DNA of 60,179 nucleotides from a virus (taxonomy: Duplodnaviria; Caudoviricetes): the IMG/VR virus record IMGVR_UViG_3300031857_000191, positions 1 through 60,179 of that record; one strand, given 5' to 3'. The notes beneath the pieces are model-generated. The model was not told the origin of the DNA and did not search any database. It was given only the letters and a program-made list of their open reading frames with translations. Positions 35,760-46,900 of the stretch are shown piece by piece. Both the position numbers and the translations under genes were made by a program. The stretch's first letter is position 1. Every line of letters begins with the position of its first letter.

Positions 35760-36852
35760 CGTCATTGTCAATTTCAATCATTGGTGATATTTTACTACTT
35801 TCTTCCCATTCACTATTGTCTTCTGTAACTTGAATTTCTTCAATTTTTACATTTTCACCAAACCACTCATGTGCGTGAGCTGCCTTATAAGCTTTCTCAT
35901 CGTCTTTAGTGTCAGGAATAAATCCATGTGGTGTAACAATTACTGTTGATGTTGTAGCAATACCACAATCAGCGTGAATCTTGTCAATTGATATTTTGGT
36001 ACGTTTAGCAAACTCTACTTTTTTACCTTTATTTTGAGCGTGTATTTTAGATGTACCACTATTTGTAACATTACCAAATGTAATTACTAATGAAGCATCC
36101 CAATACATTGTATTACCACCTTTATTAGTCATTCTTGGTTGACTCATAGGTGTAAGTGCTGGTTGAACTCCTACTTTATTAATTACAAAGAACGTGTTAG
36201 TGAATTGGTAACTTTCTTTACGTGACATTGGAAACTTCTGGTTAATGAAATTACCAAATTGTGTCGACATAGCACCTGCATTCCACATTGGATTATTTTT
36301 TCCTTGTTCAATACTCATATCACATGGTATAGAACCTACTGAATCCCATAAGAATAACAAGTCATGAGGTAAGTTACCTTTCTTTTGCTCATCTAAAATG
36401 TCAGCGATAAATGCTGCTACATCCTCAATTGAATTTAGAGTTGATCTGTCAACATATAAGAAGAAACCACTATAGTTTAATACTTCTCCTGTTGCTTCAT
36501 CAGGAACAGCTTCACAACTGAATCCCATTTTTTGAGCGTGAGCGAAATCCCATTTCATCTCAGTAATAATGAATACAGGTAACACTCCCATTTTTTGGGC
36601 AGCTACTGCTGCTTCAATCATTAAAGTTGTTTTTCCTGTATCCGATCCACCTCTAGCAATTGTGATATGACCCATTGGTATACCAGGAATTGAAAGTGCA
36701 TCTTGTACTGCAGGTGAGAATGGAATCCACTTCTGCGCTTTAAAATTTGATGATTGATCTAGTTTTTTAGTTTTCTTAAACTTATCAAGATCAAATGTAC
36801 CTTTAATAGCTTGAGAAACACTAGCGTTTACGCTTTTTGCTGTTTTAGCCAT
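35743..36852 (-). CDS. RecA/UvsX-like recombinase
   Basis: GIPMGHI, Walker A GGSDTGKTT, Walker B FLWDSVG; next to the gp32-like SSB. Confidence 0.85.
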   Translation of the reverse strand: MAKTAKSVNASVSQAIKGTFDLDKFKKTKKLDQSSNFKAQKWIPFSPAVQDALSIPGIPMGHITIARGGSDTGKTTLMIEAAVAAQKMGVLPVFIITEMKWDFAHAQKMGFSCEAVPDEATGEVLNYSGFFLYVDRSTLNSIEDVAAFIADILDEQKKGNLPHDLLFLWDSVGSIPCDMSIEQGKNNPMWNAGAMSTQFGNFINQKFPMSRKESYQFTNTFFVINKVGVQPALTPMSQPRMTNKGGNTMYWDASLVITFGNVTNSGTSKIHAQNKGKKVEFAKRTKISIDKIHADCGIATTSTVIVTPHGFIPDTKDDEKAYKAAHAHEWFGENVKIEEIQVTEDNSEWEESSKISPMIEIDNDDEQDA

Positions 36853-36859
36853 TGTTTAG

Positions 36860-37663
36860 TTATTTTTGGAATAATTCATCAAATTCATCTTCATCAAACC
36901 CTTTTTTCTTAGTGTTAAGAGTGTAGTTAGTTTTAGGTGCTTCTACTACTGGTGTTTCAGCGACTTCTTCAGTTGTTTCTTCACCACTGTCTTCACTTGG
37001 TTCTAACCATTCCATTAACATGGTTTTCATTTCATCAAACTCATACTTCTTATAAAGTGAAAGTACGTCTGGTTGTTCTGAAATCCATTTTTTAATCAAC
37101 TCATTATCTTCTGATAATGGTGATGTTTTTGGTTTGATACGAATAGATGATTTGTTGAATTTAGTACCTGTAACTTCAGGTCCAACTGTATCAACTGTTA
37201 AGTCTCTACCATCCATAATGTCTGTGTAATCTCCGATATCATCATCTTCAGCAATACCTAATAGTTCAAGATACATTTCCTTACCAAATTGCCACATGCG
37301 AACACCTTTGTCTTCTTCGCCTTTAACAATTACAGGAACAAATACTCTCATTTTAGGTTCAATCTTTTTAGCTAATGACCAATTTTCTTTGTCACTAGTT
37401 TTACGTAGTTGTTGTGCAAATTCAACAATTGGATCTTTTTCACCAAAGTTAGTTAATGACAACATGGTTTTGTTTCCAATACCATAATGGAACATTACTT
37501 CTTTGAATGGATTTGATTTGTTGAACTTAGATGGAACAATACGAATCACTGATTTGCCTACTGGTGGTATCCAGAAATTTTTAGCACGGTCGTCATTCTT
37601 GGCGCCGCCTTTGCCTTTGTTTTGCAACGATTGCATACGTTGCTTAATTGCATTTAAATCCAT
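36860..37663 (-). CDS. Single-stranded DNA-binding protein (T4 gp32-like)
   Basis: Likely start MDLNAIK (37663, just after a promoter); FWIP..G...IRIVP, WQFGK, DGRDL; acidic tail EDEFDELF. Confidence 0.88.
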   Translation of the reverse strand: MDLNAIKQRMQSLQNKGKGGAKNDDRAKNFWIPPVGKSVIRIVPSKFNKSNPFKEVMFHYGIGNKTMLSLTNFGEKDPIVEFAQQLRKTSDKENWSLAKKIEPKMRVFVPVIVKGEEDKGVRMWQFGKEMYLELLGIAEDDDIGDYTDIMDGRDLTVDTVGPEVTGTKFNKSSIRIKPKTSPLSEDNELIKKWISEQPDVLSLYKKYEFDEMKTMLMEWLEPSEDSGEETTEEVAETPVVEAPKTNYTLNTKKKGFDEDEFDELFQK

Positions 37664-37695
37664 GTTATAACTTTTATTGTTTAAATTGTATATAG

Positions 37696-37727
37696 TAAAT
37701 ATAGCATCAAAATTCTTAGATGCCAAA
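37696..37727 (-). promoter_or_regulatory. Bacteroidota-type promoter of the ssb operon
   Basis: TTTG-N20-TATATTTA. Confidence 0.7.
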
Positions 37728-37728
37728 C

Positions 37729-38286
37729 TTATTTCCATCTCCATGTAAAACCTCTAGCTATTTTTAATTCTCCACGACAACACCTTCCTATATTATCATT
37801 ATAATAACCATACATTTTTACAGCGGCATGTTTAGATGATTCCCATTCTTTAACAAATTCTCCTTGTTTAGTGAATTGAAGAACTGGTTTTCTTATTTTG
37901 TTAATAAATTTAGCTGTTTTAGGTCTAGAATTAGCTTTAGTCATTTTTTGTTTTGATGACTCTGAGAATTTGCGACCTAAAAGACGTTTACTTATTTTTT
38001 GTTTAGTACTATCAGTATGATATTCAGGACCGCCTCCACCTTTTTTGTTAGGATTCATTATAATAAATCCCCATTGTCTAAATTGTTCTATCCAATATAT
38101 TTCTAATGGCGTCCAATCTTTACGATCTAATGAATGTATTTCATCAATATAATCAAAGGTAATTTGAGGACCAAATTTAAATTTATGGTCCTTTTCACGG
38201 GAATTGTTTTTAGTCTTACCTATATAAACTTTATTAGGATTATTATCTATATTAGTAATTAAATATATTTTAGTGACATCTGTCAT
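37729..38286 (-). mobile_element. Free-standing GIY-YIG homing endonuclease with NUMOD-type DNA-binding repeats
   Basis: KIY...VYIG..R and E motif; HTDSTKQKIS/FSESSKQKM repeats; KPVLQF..GEFVKEWES..AA..IGRCC...GFTW C-terminal domain. Confidence 0.8.
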
Positions 38287-38331
38287 CTATTATAAATATC
38301 CCCGTGTGTTACGAAGGAGGCCATTTATAAC

Positions 38332-38751
38332 TTAGAGATTAACTATCTTGTAAATAGTTGTTTCCAACTTACGAAGATCAGGGCCATTAGTGAGTAAAAT
38401 GGTGTTTTTATAATCATTCCATTCTACTTTGTAATTAGGATCAGCATAACCGTTATTCAATGTTTTGATTAAAGTATTCAAAGCATTAATTGTATATAAA
38501 GTATTTGACTCTTTTTTGCGATGCAATAAGATAGTATTAGGCAAAACTGAGGTTGTGCTCAGATTTCCTGGATCGATGTTGTAAGTACAAATGAACTCAT
38601 CACTATCTTTAGATTCTAAGATGAAAACCTTATTATATAAGATGTTATAACGTCCAGTTATAGTTTCAAGCGTTTGCTCTATGTCTTCCTTCTTTGAGAA
38701 GGTTGCGAATAACTTGTTTGCCAATTCCTCTATTGTTAAATTCCAGGTCAT
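38332..38751 (-). CDS. Hypothetical phage protein adjacent to the PolA-like gene
   Basis: NKLFATF, TYNID, HRKKESNTLYTINALN; ATATTTAT abuts the ATG. Confidence 0.65.
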   Translation of the reverse strand: MTWNLTIEELANKLFATFSKKEDIEQTLETITGRYNILYNKVFILESKDSDEFICTYNIDPGNLSTTSVLPNTILLHRKKESNTLYTINALNTLIKTLNNGYADPNYKVEWNDYKNTILLTNGPDLRKLETTIYKIVNL

Positions 38752-38758
38752 AAATATG

Positions 38759-40018
38759 TTATTTTTTTATTAAAGCGCCATAATTCTCGCCAACACTCAT
38801 ACGAGTTGGAAAACCATCAGCTTCTAGTTCTTGTTTAATTTTTGGTAATAATGTTTTAACGTCCTCCTTAGCCACATCTAATAGAATTGAATCGTATGTA
38901 TATAATACTATTTTAGTTTTTTTACCATCTAATAATTTTAACACACGATCTAATGTTAATGTATTATAATATGTTTCGTATGCCTGGATTAGATAACTTA
39001 ATATTTTATTTTTATTTGGATTTTCTATTTTAGTTTTATAGATATTAGTTCCCCATGGTAATTTTAATCTATTTGTAGAGTTAAATTCTTCCCATTGGCT
39101 TTCTAACCATTCACTTAATTTAGCGAAAAATGGAAACCAAGCATATTCGTCTCTAATACCACCATATAAATTTTGAAACATTATTTCTTTAGGTACTTCA
39201 TCATATGGATCAATTTCAAAATCATACCCTATAGCTTTACCAATGATGCGGGGATGATAAGCACTGTAATCAAATTCAACAAACATGTAATTATTTGGTT
39301 CAAATGACTCACGCGGTACACCCTTAGGAAGTGCGGCGAAATTAACACTATTAAAGGCGTTTGACGGACGATAAGTTAAATTATATAGATTGTATTGAGT
39401 AAAAACTGTATTCCCGTAAATCGAATTATCTTTCCAAGTTACTTCAAAATGTTTATTAAATTTACGTGGATCAATGCCTATACCATTTTTTTCAATTTGA
39501 TAAAATACATTAGTGAAATTATAATTTAAAAATGTACTAGCTACTTGCCATTTAGAAATTAATCCTCTTTCTTTTATATTCCTGTGTATTTTTTCCCATT
39601 TCTCATAATGTTTAGGGATAGGAATAAGTGTACTTAATTCTTGTATATAATATTTTTCACGATTGAAATCAATGTGTACTTTAGTATCAAATTGTGATTC
39701 ATCTATGTAACTGTAAAAATTTACATCAATTAAATTATGTCCTGGTAGAAAATACAAATGGAATTTTTTATCTAAAACATAAACTGTGTTAATGTTAGAT
39801 ATAAATTCCTTAACTGTTTCCCAATCTAATTTAAATGCTTCACTATGGTCGATAGGTAATATATAACCTTTTTCTCCATCATTATAATATACTAAACATG
39901 GTTTAGTTAGAGATGGATGGCGATTATCATTTGTAGTGATGATATTAACAAAACACTTATCATGTTCTGGTTTACCTAGATAATCTAATTGTTCTTTTGT
40001 CTCTATTATATAAAACAT
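38759..40018 (-). CDS. Compact family A DNA polymerase-like protein
   Basis: IEKNGI, TYRPSN..NFAALPK..R, motif A FDYSAYHPRI, motif B K..FQNLYGG, SYLIQ, motif C YTYDS, GENYG. Confidence 0.8.
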   Translation of the reverse strand: MFYIIETKEQLDYLGKPEHDKCFVNIITTNDNRHPSLTKPCLVYYNDGEKGYILPIDHSEAFKLDWETVKEFISNINTVYVLDKKFHLYFLPGHNLIDVNFYSYIDESQFDTKVHIDFNREKYYIQELSTLIPIPKHYEKWEKIHRNIKERGLISKWQVASTFLNYNFTNVFYQIEKNGIGIDPRKFNKHFEVTWKDNSIYGNTVFTQYNLYNLTYRPSNAFNSVNFAALPKGVPRESFEPNNYMFVEFDYSAYHPRIIGKAIGYDFEIDPYDEVPKEIMFQNLYGGIRDEYAWFPFFAKLSEWLESQWEEFNSTNRLKLPWGTNIYKTKIENPNKNKILSYLIQAYETYYNTLTLDRVLKLLDGKKTKIVLYTYDSILLDVAKEDVKTLLPKIKQELEADGFPTRMSVGENYGALIKK

Positions 40019-40035
40019 AACCTTTATTATTAGGT

Positions 40036-40067
40036 TAAATATATAGTAGAGATTTTAGGACACCAAA
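40036..40067 (-). promoter_or_regulatory. Bacteroidota-type promoter of the PolA-like gene
   Basis: TTTG-N20-TATATTTA. Confidence 0.7.
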
Positions 40068-40079
40068 CTTAGATATTAT

Positions 40080-43000
40080 TTAAATACATGTTCCATCACC
40101 AGCTGTTAATACTGGGTTTACAGATCCGTTTATTACAACATTAGAGAATGTCATGCTATTAAATCCAGTTAATGTGTTATTACAATATACATTATAGTCA
40201 CTATCAACTAAAGATATATTTTGTCCTGATATAGTAGAACTATATACTACTACTATATCATATGTTCCTATTTGATTTGTATCAACAGTTGCACCATTGC
40301 CTGGGACGTTTGGATCTACTCCTGTAACATTTGTCACTCCAACACCATTCACTGTTATACTAGATAAGTATATTTCTACATCTAATGATATATTAGTTGC
40401 TATTTGTATTGTAACTGTTGAAGCTGCTGGTGATGAGCTAGGACATGGTGTAGGATCAGGTGTAACACTAGGTGTAACACTAGGTGTAACACTAGGTGTT
40501 CTAGTTGGTGTTGGGGTGAATGATGGTGTAGGGGATGGATCTTGACTACATGTTGAACCTTGTGTTAATGTTATATATGGACTAGTAAAGAATACTGTAC
40601 CTTCTCTAGCACAAACATATCTTTGGTATCCATTAACTACTGAGCCTTCTCTAAATGTTCCTCCACAATCTATATAGCTAAAGTCATAAGCATTTCTATT
40701 TGAAGTGCCATCATCAGCTGATAATTCATATGTGTAACAAACTATAGGAGGTGTTGTAGTTGGTGTTATACTTGGAGTAATACTTGGTGTAACACTTGGT
40801 GTCACACTAGGTGTAGAGGTACTTGTTGGTGTGATAGACGGAGTCACACTAGCAGTTCTAGTAGGTGTTATACTAGGTGTTGGTGTATTTGAAGGAGTTA
40901 TACTTGGAGTTACACTAGCAGTTCTAGTAGGAGTTATACTTGGAGTAACAGTATTACTTGGAGTAACACTAGGTGTAGCTGTGTTACTTGGAGTAGCTGT
41001 TATACTAGGTGTAGCTGTATTAGTTGGTGTAATACTAGGTGTTCTAGAAATACTAATACTAGGTGTTACACTTGGTGTAGCTGTATTAGTTGGTGTAACA
41101 CTAGGTGTAGCTGTGTTACTTGGTGTTGCAGTAATACTAGGCGTAGCAGTGTTAGTAGGTGTAATACTAGGTGTTCTACTGATGCTAATTGATGGAGTAG
41201 TACTTGGAGTAGATGTGTTAGTAGGTGTAATACTAGGAGTATTAGAAATACTAATTGATGGAGTTATACTTGGTGTAGCAGTAATACTAGGCGTAGCAGT
41301 GTTAGTAGGTGTAATACTAGGTGTTCTAGAAATACTAATACTAGGTGTTACACTTGGTGTAGCTGTATTACTTGGAGTAACAGTGTTACTTGGTGTAACT
41401 GTATTTGATGGAGTAATACTTGGAGTAGCAGTGTTACTTGGAGTAACAGTATTACTTGGTGTAGCTGTTATACTTGGTGTTATACTCGGAGTATTAGATA
41501 TACTAGTTGAAGGTGTTATACTTGGAGTACTACTAATTGAAATACTTGGTGTTACACTAGGTGTAGCTGTATTACTTGGGGTAACAGTATTGCTTGGTGT
41601 AACTGTGTTACTTGGAGTAATGCTAGGAGTATTACTAATTGAAGTACTAGGTGTTATACTTGGAGTACTACTAATAGAAGTACTTGGAGTGATACTTGGA
41701 GTAGCTGTTATACTTGGTGTAACTGTGTTACTTGGAGTGACAGTGTTACTAGGTGTTATGCTTGGAGTATTAGATATACTTGTTGATGGTGTAATACTTG
41801 GAGTACTACTGATAGAAGTACTTGGTGTGATAGAAGGTGTCGCACTAAAGCTAGTACTTGCTGTAACACTAGGAGTAGTACTAATACTAATACTTGGTGT
41901 CGCAGAAGGTGTAGCAGTATTACTTGGTGTAACTGTTACTGTTGGAGTGAAACTAATACTTGGAGTTATACTTGGAGTAACACTAATACTGATACTTGGT
42001 GTTGTACTAGGTGTAGATGTTAAACTTGGTGTTATTGAAGGTGTTGCTGTTATACTAGGAGTAGCAGTTACACTTGGAGTCATAGATACACATACTCCAC
42101 TTCCTACAACAATAGCATCTCCTGTACCATGACTTCCACTAACTATTAAATAATTTCCTGATGCTATACCTGGACCTGTTAAATAGAATGCATCTAATGA
42201 ACTTCCTACTAATGTTTGAATTTCAGCTATAGTCCATTTATCTGTTCCATTTGGTACTTGATATAAAAATTCTCCTATTTCTAGTGGCTGATCAGCATCA
42301 TAAACTAATATTTGTATTGTTGGATTATAACAAGTATTATATGAATTATCAGATATGTAATAGTATTCTCCATCTAATGGATTAGAAGTAGAAGGTGTTA
42401 CTGTTACTGATGGTGTTGCAGATACAGTAATTGAAGGTGTTCCACTAGGTGTAATACTTGGAGTTGTTGTAGCTGTTATTGATGGAGTAACAGTATTTGT
42501 TGGTGTTATTGAAGGTGTTAAACTTGGTGTTTCACTAGGTGTGATACTTGGAGTAACTGTATTACTTGGAGTTATAGAAGGAGTAATACTTGGAGTAACA
42601 GTGTTACTTGGTGTTATACTAGGTGTGACTGTAGAAGTTACACTTGGTGTTGGTGTTTCACTAGGTGTAGCAGTAATACTAGGTGTGTTAGATATACTAA
42701 TAGATGGTGTTGTTGAATTTGTTGGAGTAATACTTGGAGTATTACTTATACTAATACTTGGAGTAGCTGTAGTGGTAGGTGTTAATGATGGTGTTCTACT
42801 TACACTTATAGATGGTGTTGTAGAGTTTGTTGGAGTAATACTAGGTGTATTACTAATAGAAATACTTGGGGTAATACTAGGTGTATTACTCATTGTTGGA
42901 GTAGAAGTTACAGTTGGTGTAACACTTATACTTGGTGTTTCACTTGGTGTAGCTGTAATACTTGGAGTAACACTAATAGAAATACTAGGCGTTATACTTG

Positions 43001-43934
43001 GAGTAGTAGATATACTAATAGATGGAGTAATACTAGGTGTGTTACTTATACTAATAGATGGAGTAGCACTAATAGAAATACTAGGAGTAGCAGTTATTGA
43101 AGGTGTGTTACTGATAGAAATACTAGGAGTAGCACTTGGTGTTTTACTAACACTAAATGATGGTGTTAAACTAATAGTAGGAGTTATACTAATAGTAGGT
43201 GTAATAGATGGAGTAATACTTATTGTAGGTGTTACACTTGGTGAAGGCATTTCAGCTATGCTCATATCTATTTCTTCACGAATAGATCCAAAATCCACTA
43301 TTTTTGGTCCAATAGATACTAAATTTGATATTACACGAGTATATTGTAGAGGATCATTTAAATAAATAGATAAACCTGGTATTGTTCTTTCAGCGTTTTG
43401 GATTGATCTTAAATTAGTATCTTTAACTCCAGATTCAATTCTAACGTTGTTATCATATATGTCATTTAATGGTCCTACTAGTTTCCATATAATCTCAACT
43501 ACATTGTAAGAAATAATAGCAACACTATTATTGATTATTCCATCATATGTTGCTCTACTTATCTCAACTATATAAGGAGATACTGATGCTTTTAATTGAG
43601 CAAAGTATCTAGTAAAATATTTTAAAGCGTAATTAGATTCTGTTGGTGGAATATATTCTCCTGTAATTAAAGGAGTATTTAATAAATCACCAAACCTTTG
43701 AGTAAAACCTCCTGATATGACATTATTTTTCAATAAAAAGTCACTACTCATAGGTGTGTCAGATGTCACACGGGTTAGAAGTATTGATGTGGAAGTATGA
43801 TTTTCTCCTGTCCAATAATTATTATTTTTATCTTTATGATAAAAACCAGAATAAGATTCATTAGATGCGGCGGTAACAAAGTTTCCACCTTGATCGTATC
43901 CTCTCTCTATAATATATGATTCTGGTATGAACAT
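40080..43934 (-). CDS. Mucin-like putative virion protein: globular N-terminus, long Thr/Pro/Ser tracts, small Cys-containing domains
   Basis: Over half of the 1284 aa are TPS/TPT repeats; last gene of the tail/baseplate module; start overlaps the stop of the 1120-aa gene; no signal peptide. Confidence 0.8.
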   Translation of the reverse strand: MFIPESYIIERGYDQGGNFVTAASNESYSGFYHKDKNNNYWTGENHTSTSILLTRVTSDTPMSSDFLLKNNVISGGFTQRFGDLLNTPLITGEYIPPTESNYALKYFTRYFAQLKASVSPYIVEISRATYDGIINNSVAIISYNVVEIIWKLVGPLNDIYDNNVRIESGVKDTNLRSIQNAERTIPGLSIYLNDPLQYTRVISNLVSIGPKIVDFGSIREEIDMSIAEMPSPSVTPTISITPSITPTISITPTISLTPSFSVSKTPSATPSISISNTPSITATPSISISATPSISISNTPSITPSISISTTPSITPSISISVTPSITATPSETPSISVTPTVTSTPTMSNTPSITPSISISNTPSITPTNSTTPSISVSRTPSLTPTTTATPSISISNTPSITPTNSTTPSISISNTPSITATPSETPTPSVTSTVTPSITPSNTVTPSITPSITPSNTVTPSITPSETPSLTPSITPTNTVTPSITATTTPSITPSGTPSITVSATPSVTVTPSTSNPLDGEYYYISDNSYNTCYNPTIQILVYDADQPLEIGEFLYQVPNGTDKWTIAEIQTLVGSSLDAFYLTGPGIASGNYLIVSGSHGTGDAIVVGSGVCVSMTPSVTATPSITATPSITPSLTSTPSTTPSISISVTPSITPSISFTPTVTVTPSNTATPSATPSISISTTPSVTASTSFSATPSITPSTSISSTPSITPSTSISNTPSITPSNTVTPSNTVTPSITATPSITPSTSISSTPSITPSTSISNTPSITPSNTVTPSNTVTPSNTATPSVTPSISISSTPSITPSTSISNTPSITPSITATPSNTVTPSNTATPSITPSNTVTPSNTVTPSNTATPSVTPSISISRTPSITPTNTATPSITATPSITPSISISNTPSITPTNTSTPSTTPSISISRTPSITPTNTATPSITATPSNTATPSVTPTNTATPSVTPSISISRTPSITPTNTATPSITATPSNTATPSVTPSNTVTPSITPTRTASVTPSITPSNTPTPSITPTRTASVTPSITPTSTSTPSVTPSVTPSITPSITPTTTPPIVCYTYELSADDGTSNRNAYDFSYIDCGGTFREGSVVNGYQRYVCAREGTVFFTSPYITLTQGSTCSQDPSPTPSFTPTPTRTPSVTPSVTPSVTPDPTPCPSSSPAASTVTIQIATNISLDVEIYLSSITVNGVGVTNVTGVDPNVPGNGATVDTNQIGTYDIVVVYSSTISGQNISLVDSDYNVYCNNTLTGFNSMTFSNVVINGSVNPVLTAGDGTCI
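40745..43250 (-). repeat. Coding tandem repeats (TPSI, TATPSI, TPSNTV, TPSISIS units) in two tracts, about 43250..42390 and 42085..40745
   Basis: Visible 12/18/24-nt units; exact 48-nt duplication at 41131..41178 and 41281..41328. Confidence 0.9.
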
Positions 43935-46900
43935 TATTGTGGTTTTTCAAATCTAATAACTCTGAAATTAGCTGTGCTAGTACCAACACCACCACTTAAT
44001 AGTGGTCCCCCATAAATACTTAATCCAGGTATATAATTATTAGATGCGTTTGCTTGTAAAAGATTATAAAATGTTAAAAATAATTGATCAAAAGAATTAG
44101 CTGGAAATAAATAGTATGTTGATAAGTCTGTACCATCATTTGCTATTTGATAATCATCCATTGATGTATTGACATGCAAAATAGCAGTATTTATTTTACT
44201 ATTATCAATATGATCTATTTTTGATATTTGATTAGATGAACTTCCTATAGTTGTAGATGCTGTAAATGTTTTTATGTTTATAAAACTTTCAACTTGTCCA
44301 AAATATGTTTTACTATAAGCATCTTTAAGTCTAGTGATATCATTATCTCCTCTGTTAACAGCATCTATATTTCCATTAGAATCTTGTCCTAATAATAATC
44401 TACTAACAGTTTGATATAAGGATGAAGAACTACCACCTCCAGAAGGTGTTATAAAAGTATTATAATCAGCAGGAAAGTTTGGAGCAGTTCCTCCATATCT
44501 AGAAAGTGCTACAGCATGCCAGTTTCTTAAATAATATTCTATAGATGCTGTATCATAAAGAAAATCTAATATTTGTCTAATATAATTACCTTTTTCAGTA
44601 GCACTTGCTCCAGAATTTAAAAAATTATTTATACCTAAACTAAATTGTTTATATAAATCAAAATCAAACTCTGGTTTTTTATTTCCTGTTCTTCCAGAAT
44701 TATATTTAGAAATAATATAAGTATATTGATTAACCATATAGTCAGCTATAGCACATAATAGATATCCATTTTTTGCTTGGTCAACCCTAGCAGCTGATAT
44801 TATTGATTTTAGTCTTGTTTTATCAACAATATATTTGTCTGTTATCTTATCATTATCTAATAAACAAATTTGAGTTCTTACAGTTGTAGTCCAATCATTA
44901 TTTTGTAAATTATGATTAATACCTGTTATAATAAATCCTAAATTTTTGTTATAATAATCTCTAGGCAATATTGATTTATCAATAGTGAAAATTTGTCCTA
45001 TAACTAAACCACCTATACCATCAAGAGTAATTTCTAATTCAAAAGGAATTAAAGCTTTAAAATCAACATCACTTCCATTTAATTGATAATGCATTGTTTT
45101 TAATAAACTACCAGCATTTATTACTTCATTTTCTTGAGGTACTGATGTTACCATCCATCCACTTCCTCCTGTTGGTTTTCCTAATACATTTACATTTAAA
45201 TAACTAGATAAAGATTCTAAGTTTTTAAATATATTATAATAATAAACATCACTTCCGCTAATAATTGTAGTTCCTAAAGTGAGGGTAGCTGGTGCTGTAG
45301 GATCGTCAAATGTAGGAGACATAATTCTATCAGTCAATCCTCTATTAAAGTATGTTTGAGTAGATGAATATATATCACCTAAGTTTCCAGTATCAGAGCC
45401 AGCGGTACCAGCACCAATAGCTATCATAGTTGATTGCTCAGCAAATATACGAGAGTTTATTTTAACATCTCTACAAATACTTTTTAAACCAATTAAATCA
45501 AATTTAAATTTACTATTTTTACTTGAATTTTCAAGGTATTTAGCATCAATAATTTGGACAAAATTTCTATCAGTATATAATTTAAAGTCATTTATACCAC
45601 CTAAAGCTAAAGAAACAGCGTCTAAAACTTCTTGTAATAATTGAATAATATCAACTCCATCTGGTCCTCCATATAAACTTCTATATAACTGAATAATTTT
45701 ACTCATTGATACAAATATATTTCCTACTAAACCAACACTTGTTGTACCTGGGGCTAAAAATTCAAATTTACTTATTGAAGCAGGAGTAGCTGTAGCTCCT
45801 AATGTTAAACTAGTGGTATCTAATTGTGAGTACACAACTGGAGAAAACCCAGTTGTTTTGTCTGTTATGAATGTAGCTTGAGAATTTTGAATTAAACATG
45901 TTGTAGGATCAATACTCACAGAATCAATACTAGCTAAACATGGAGTGTTATATGGTATTGCTATAGATACAGCTGGTTTATTGTTTTTTTTATTTTTATA
46001 TATAAAAAATTCATTAATGATAGCTATAAAAGCATTCATACTAATGTATTCTATACCAGTACCTTGAGTTTTACCATCACTTAATTTTATAATAACTTGT
46101 GTATCTAAATCTATACCAGTACCTCCAGTAGTATCTACTATGTAATTATCCCATGGACCTTTAATATAAGCGGATACATTTTTGGTTAATCTGGTTTTAA
46201 TGTCTGCATATATAGCATCCGCTTGGTCACGTAATATTTTTTGGTCATCAGTTGTTGAACCAGATATATATAATTCTCCTTGTATATTTCCACCACCAAA
46301 TGAATAAGATTTTACCCATTCACTTTCATTAATTTTTCCAATAATATTTAAAAATATTTTTTCAAAATTGCTAAGTACTGGTTTTGGAGGAACTGAGGAT
46401 GATAATGATGGTGGAGTGTAGCTAGATCCTAAAATAATATTTGGGTTACCACTAGCTTTTAAAGTTTCAATTATTTCTCCTCTTGATATTAATGTAGTAC
46501 TACATTGAAAACCTCCATTAGGCATTAATTGCCAAGAAAAGTTTTTAACATATCCTAATAAAGCATCATAATTACCATTAGTTTTGTCAATATCACTATC
46601 AATTTTAGTGTGTATTTTATCATCATTGAACCTAGCATCAAATACATCTATTGTTGGAATTTTAAATGTTGTTACTTCCTTAATGTTAGGATAGTCATTT
46701 AAATTAGTTGGAACATCATGATCAATATATTGAGACCAACCCCATTCTAAAAGAACAGTATATCCTGTTCTCATAAATAAAATTTCCAATTCTTCAAGTT
46801 GGTGTTTATCCCAAGCCATAAATTGTATAGTGGCTTCTCTTAAAGAACCATAAGCGCTTTTATTAGTGATAGTTACTCCTGTGATACCAGGCATTGGTCT

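Noticed and set aside
40831-43365. Long plus-strand Val/Leu/Gly-rich ORFs (433 aa and 274 aa) and 40297..40545
   Set aside because: Antisense shadows of the Thr/Pro/Ser repeat codons; no independent signals.
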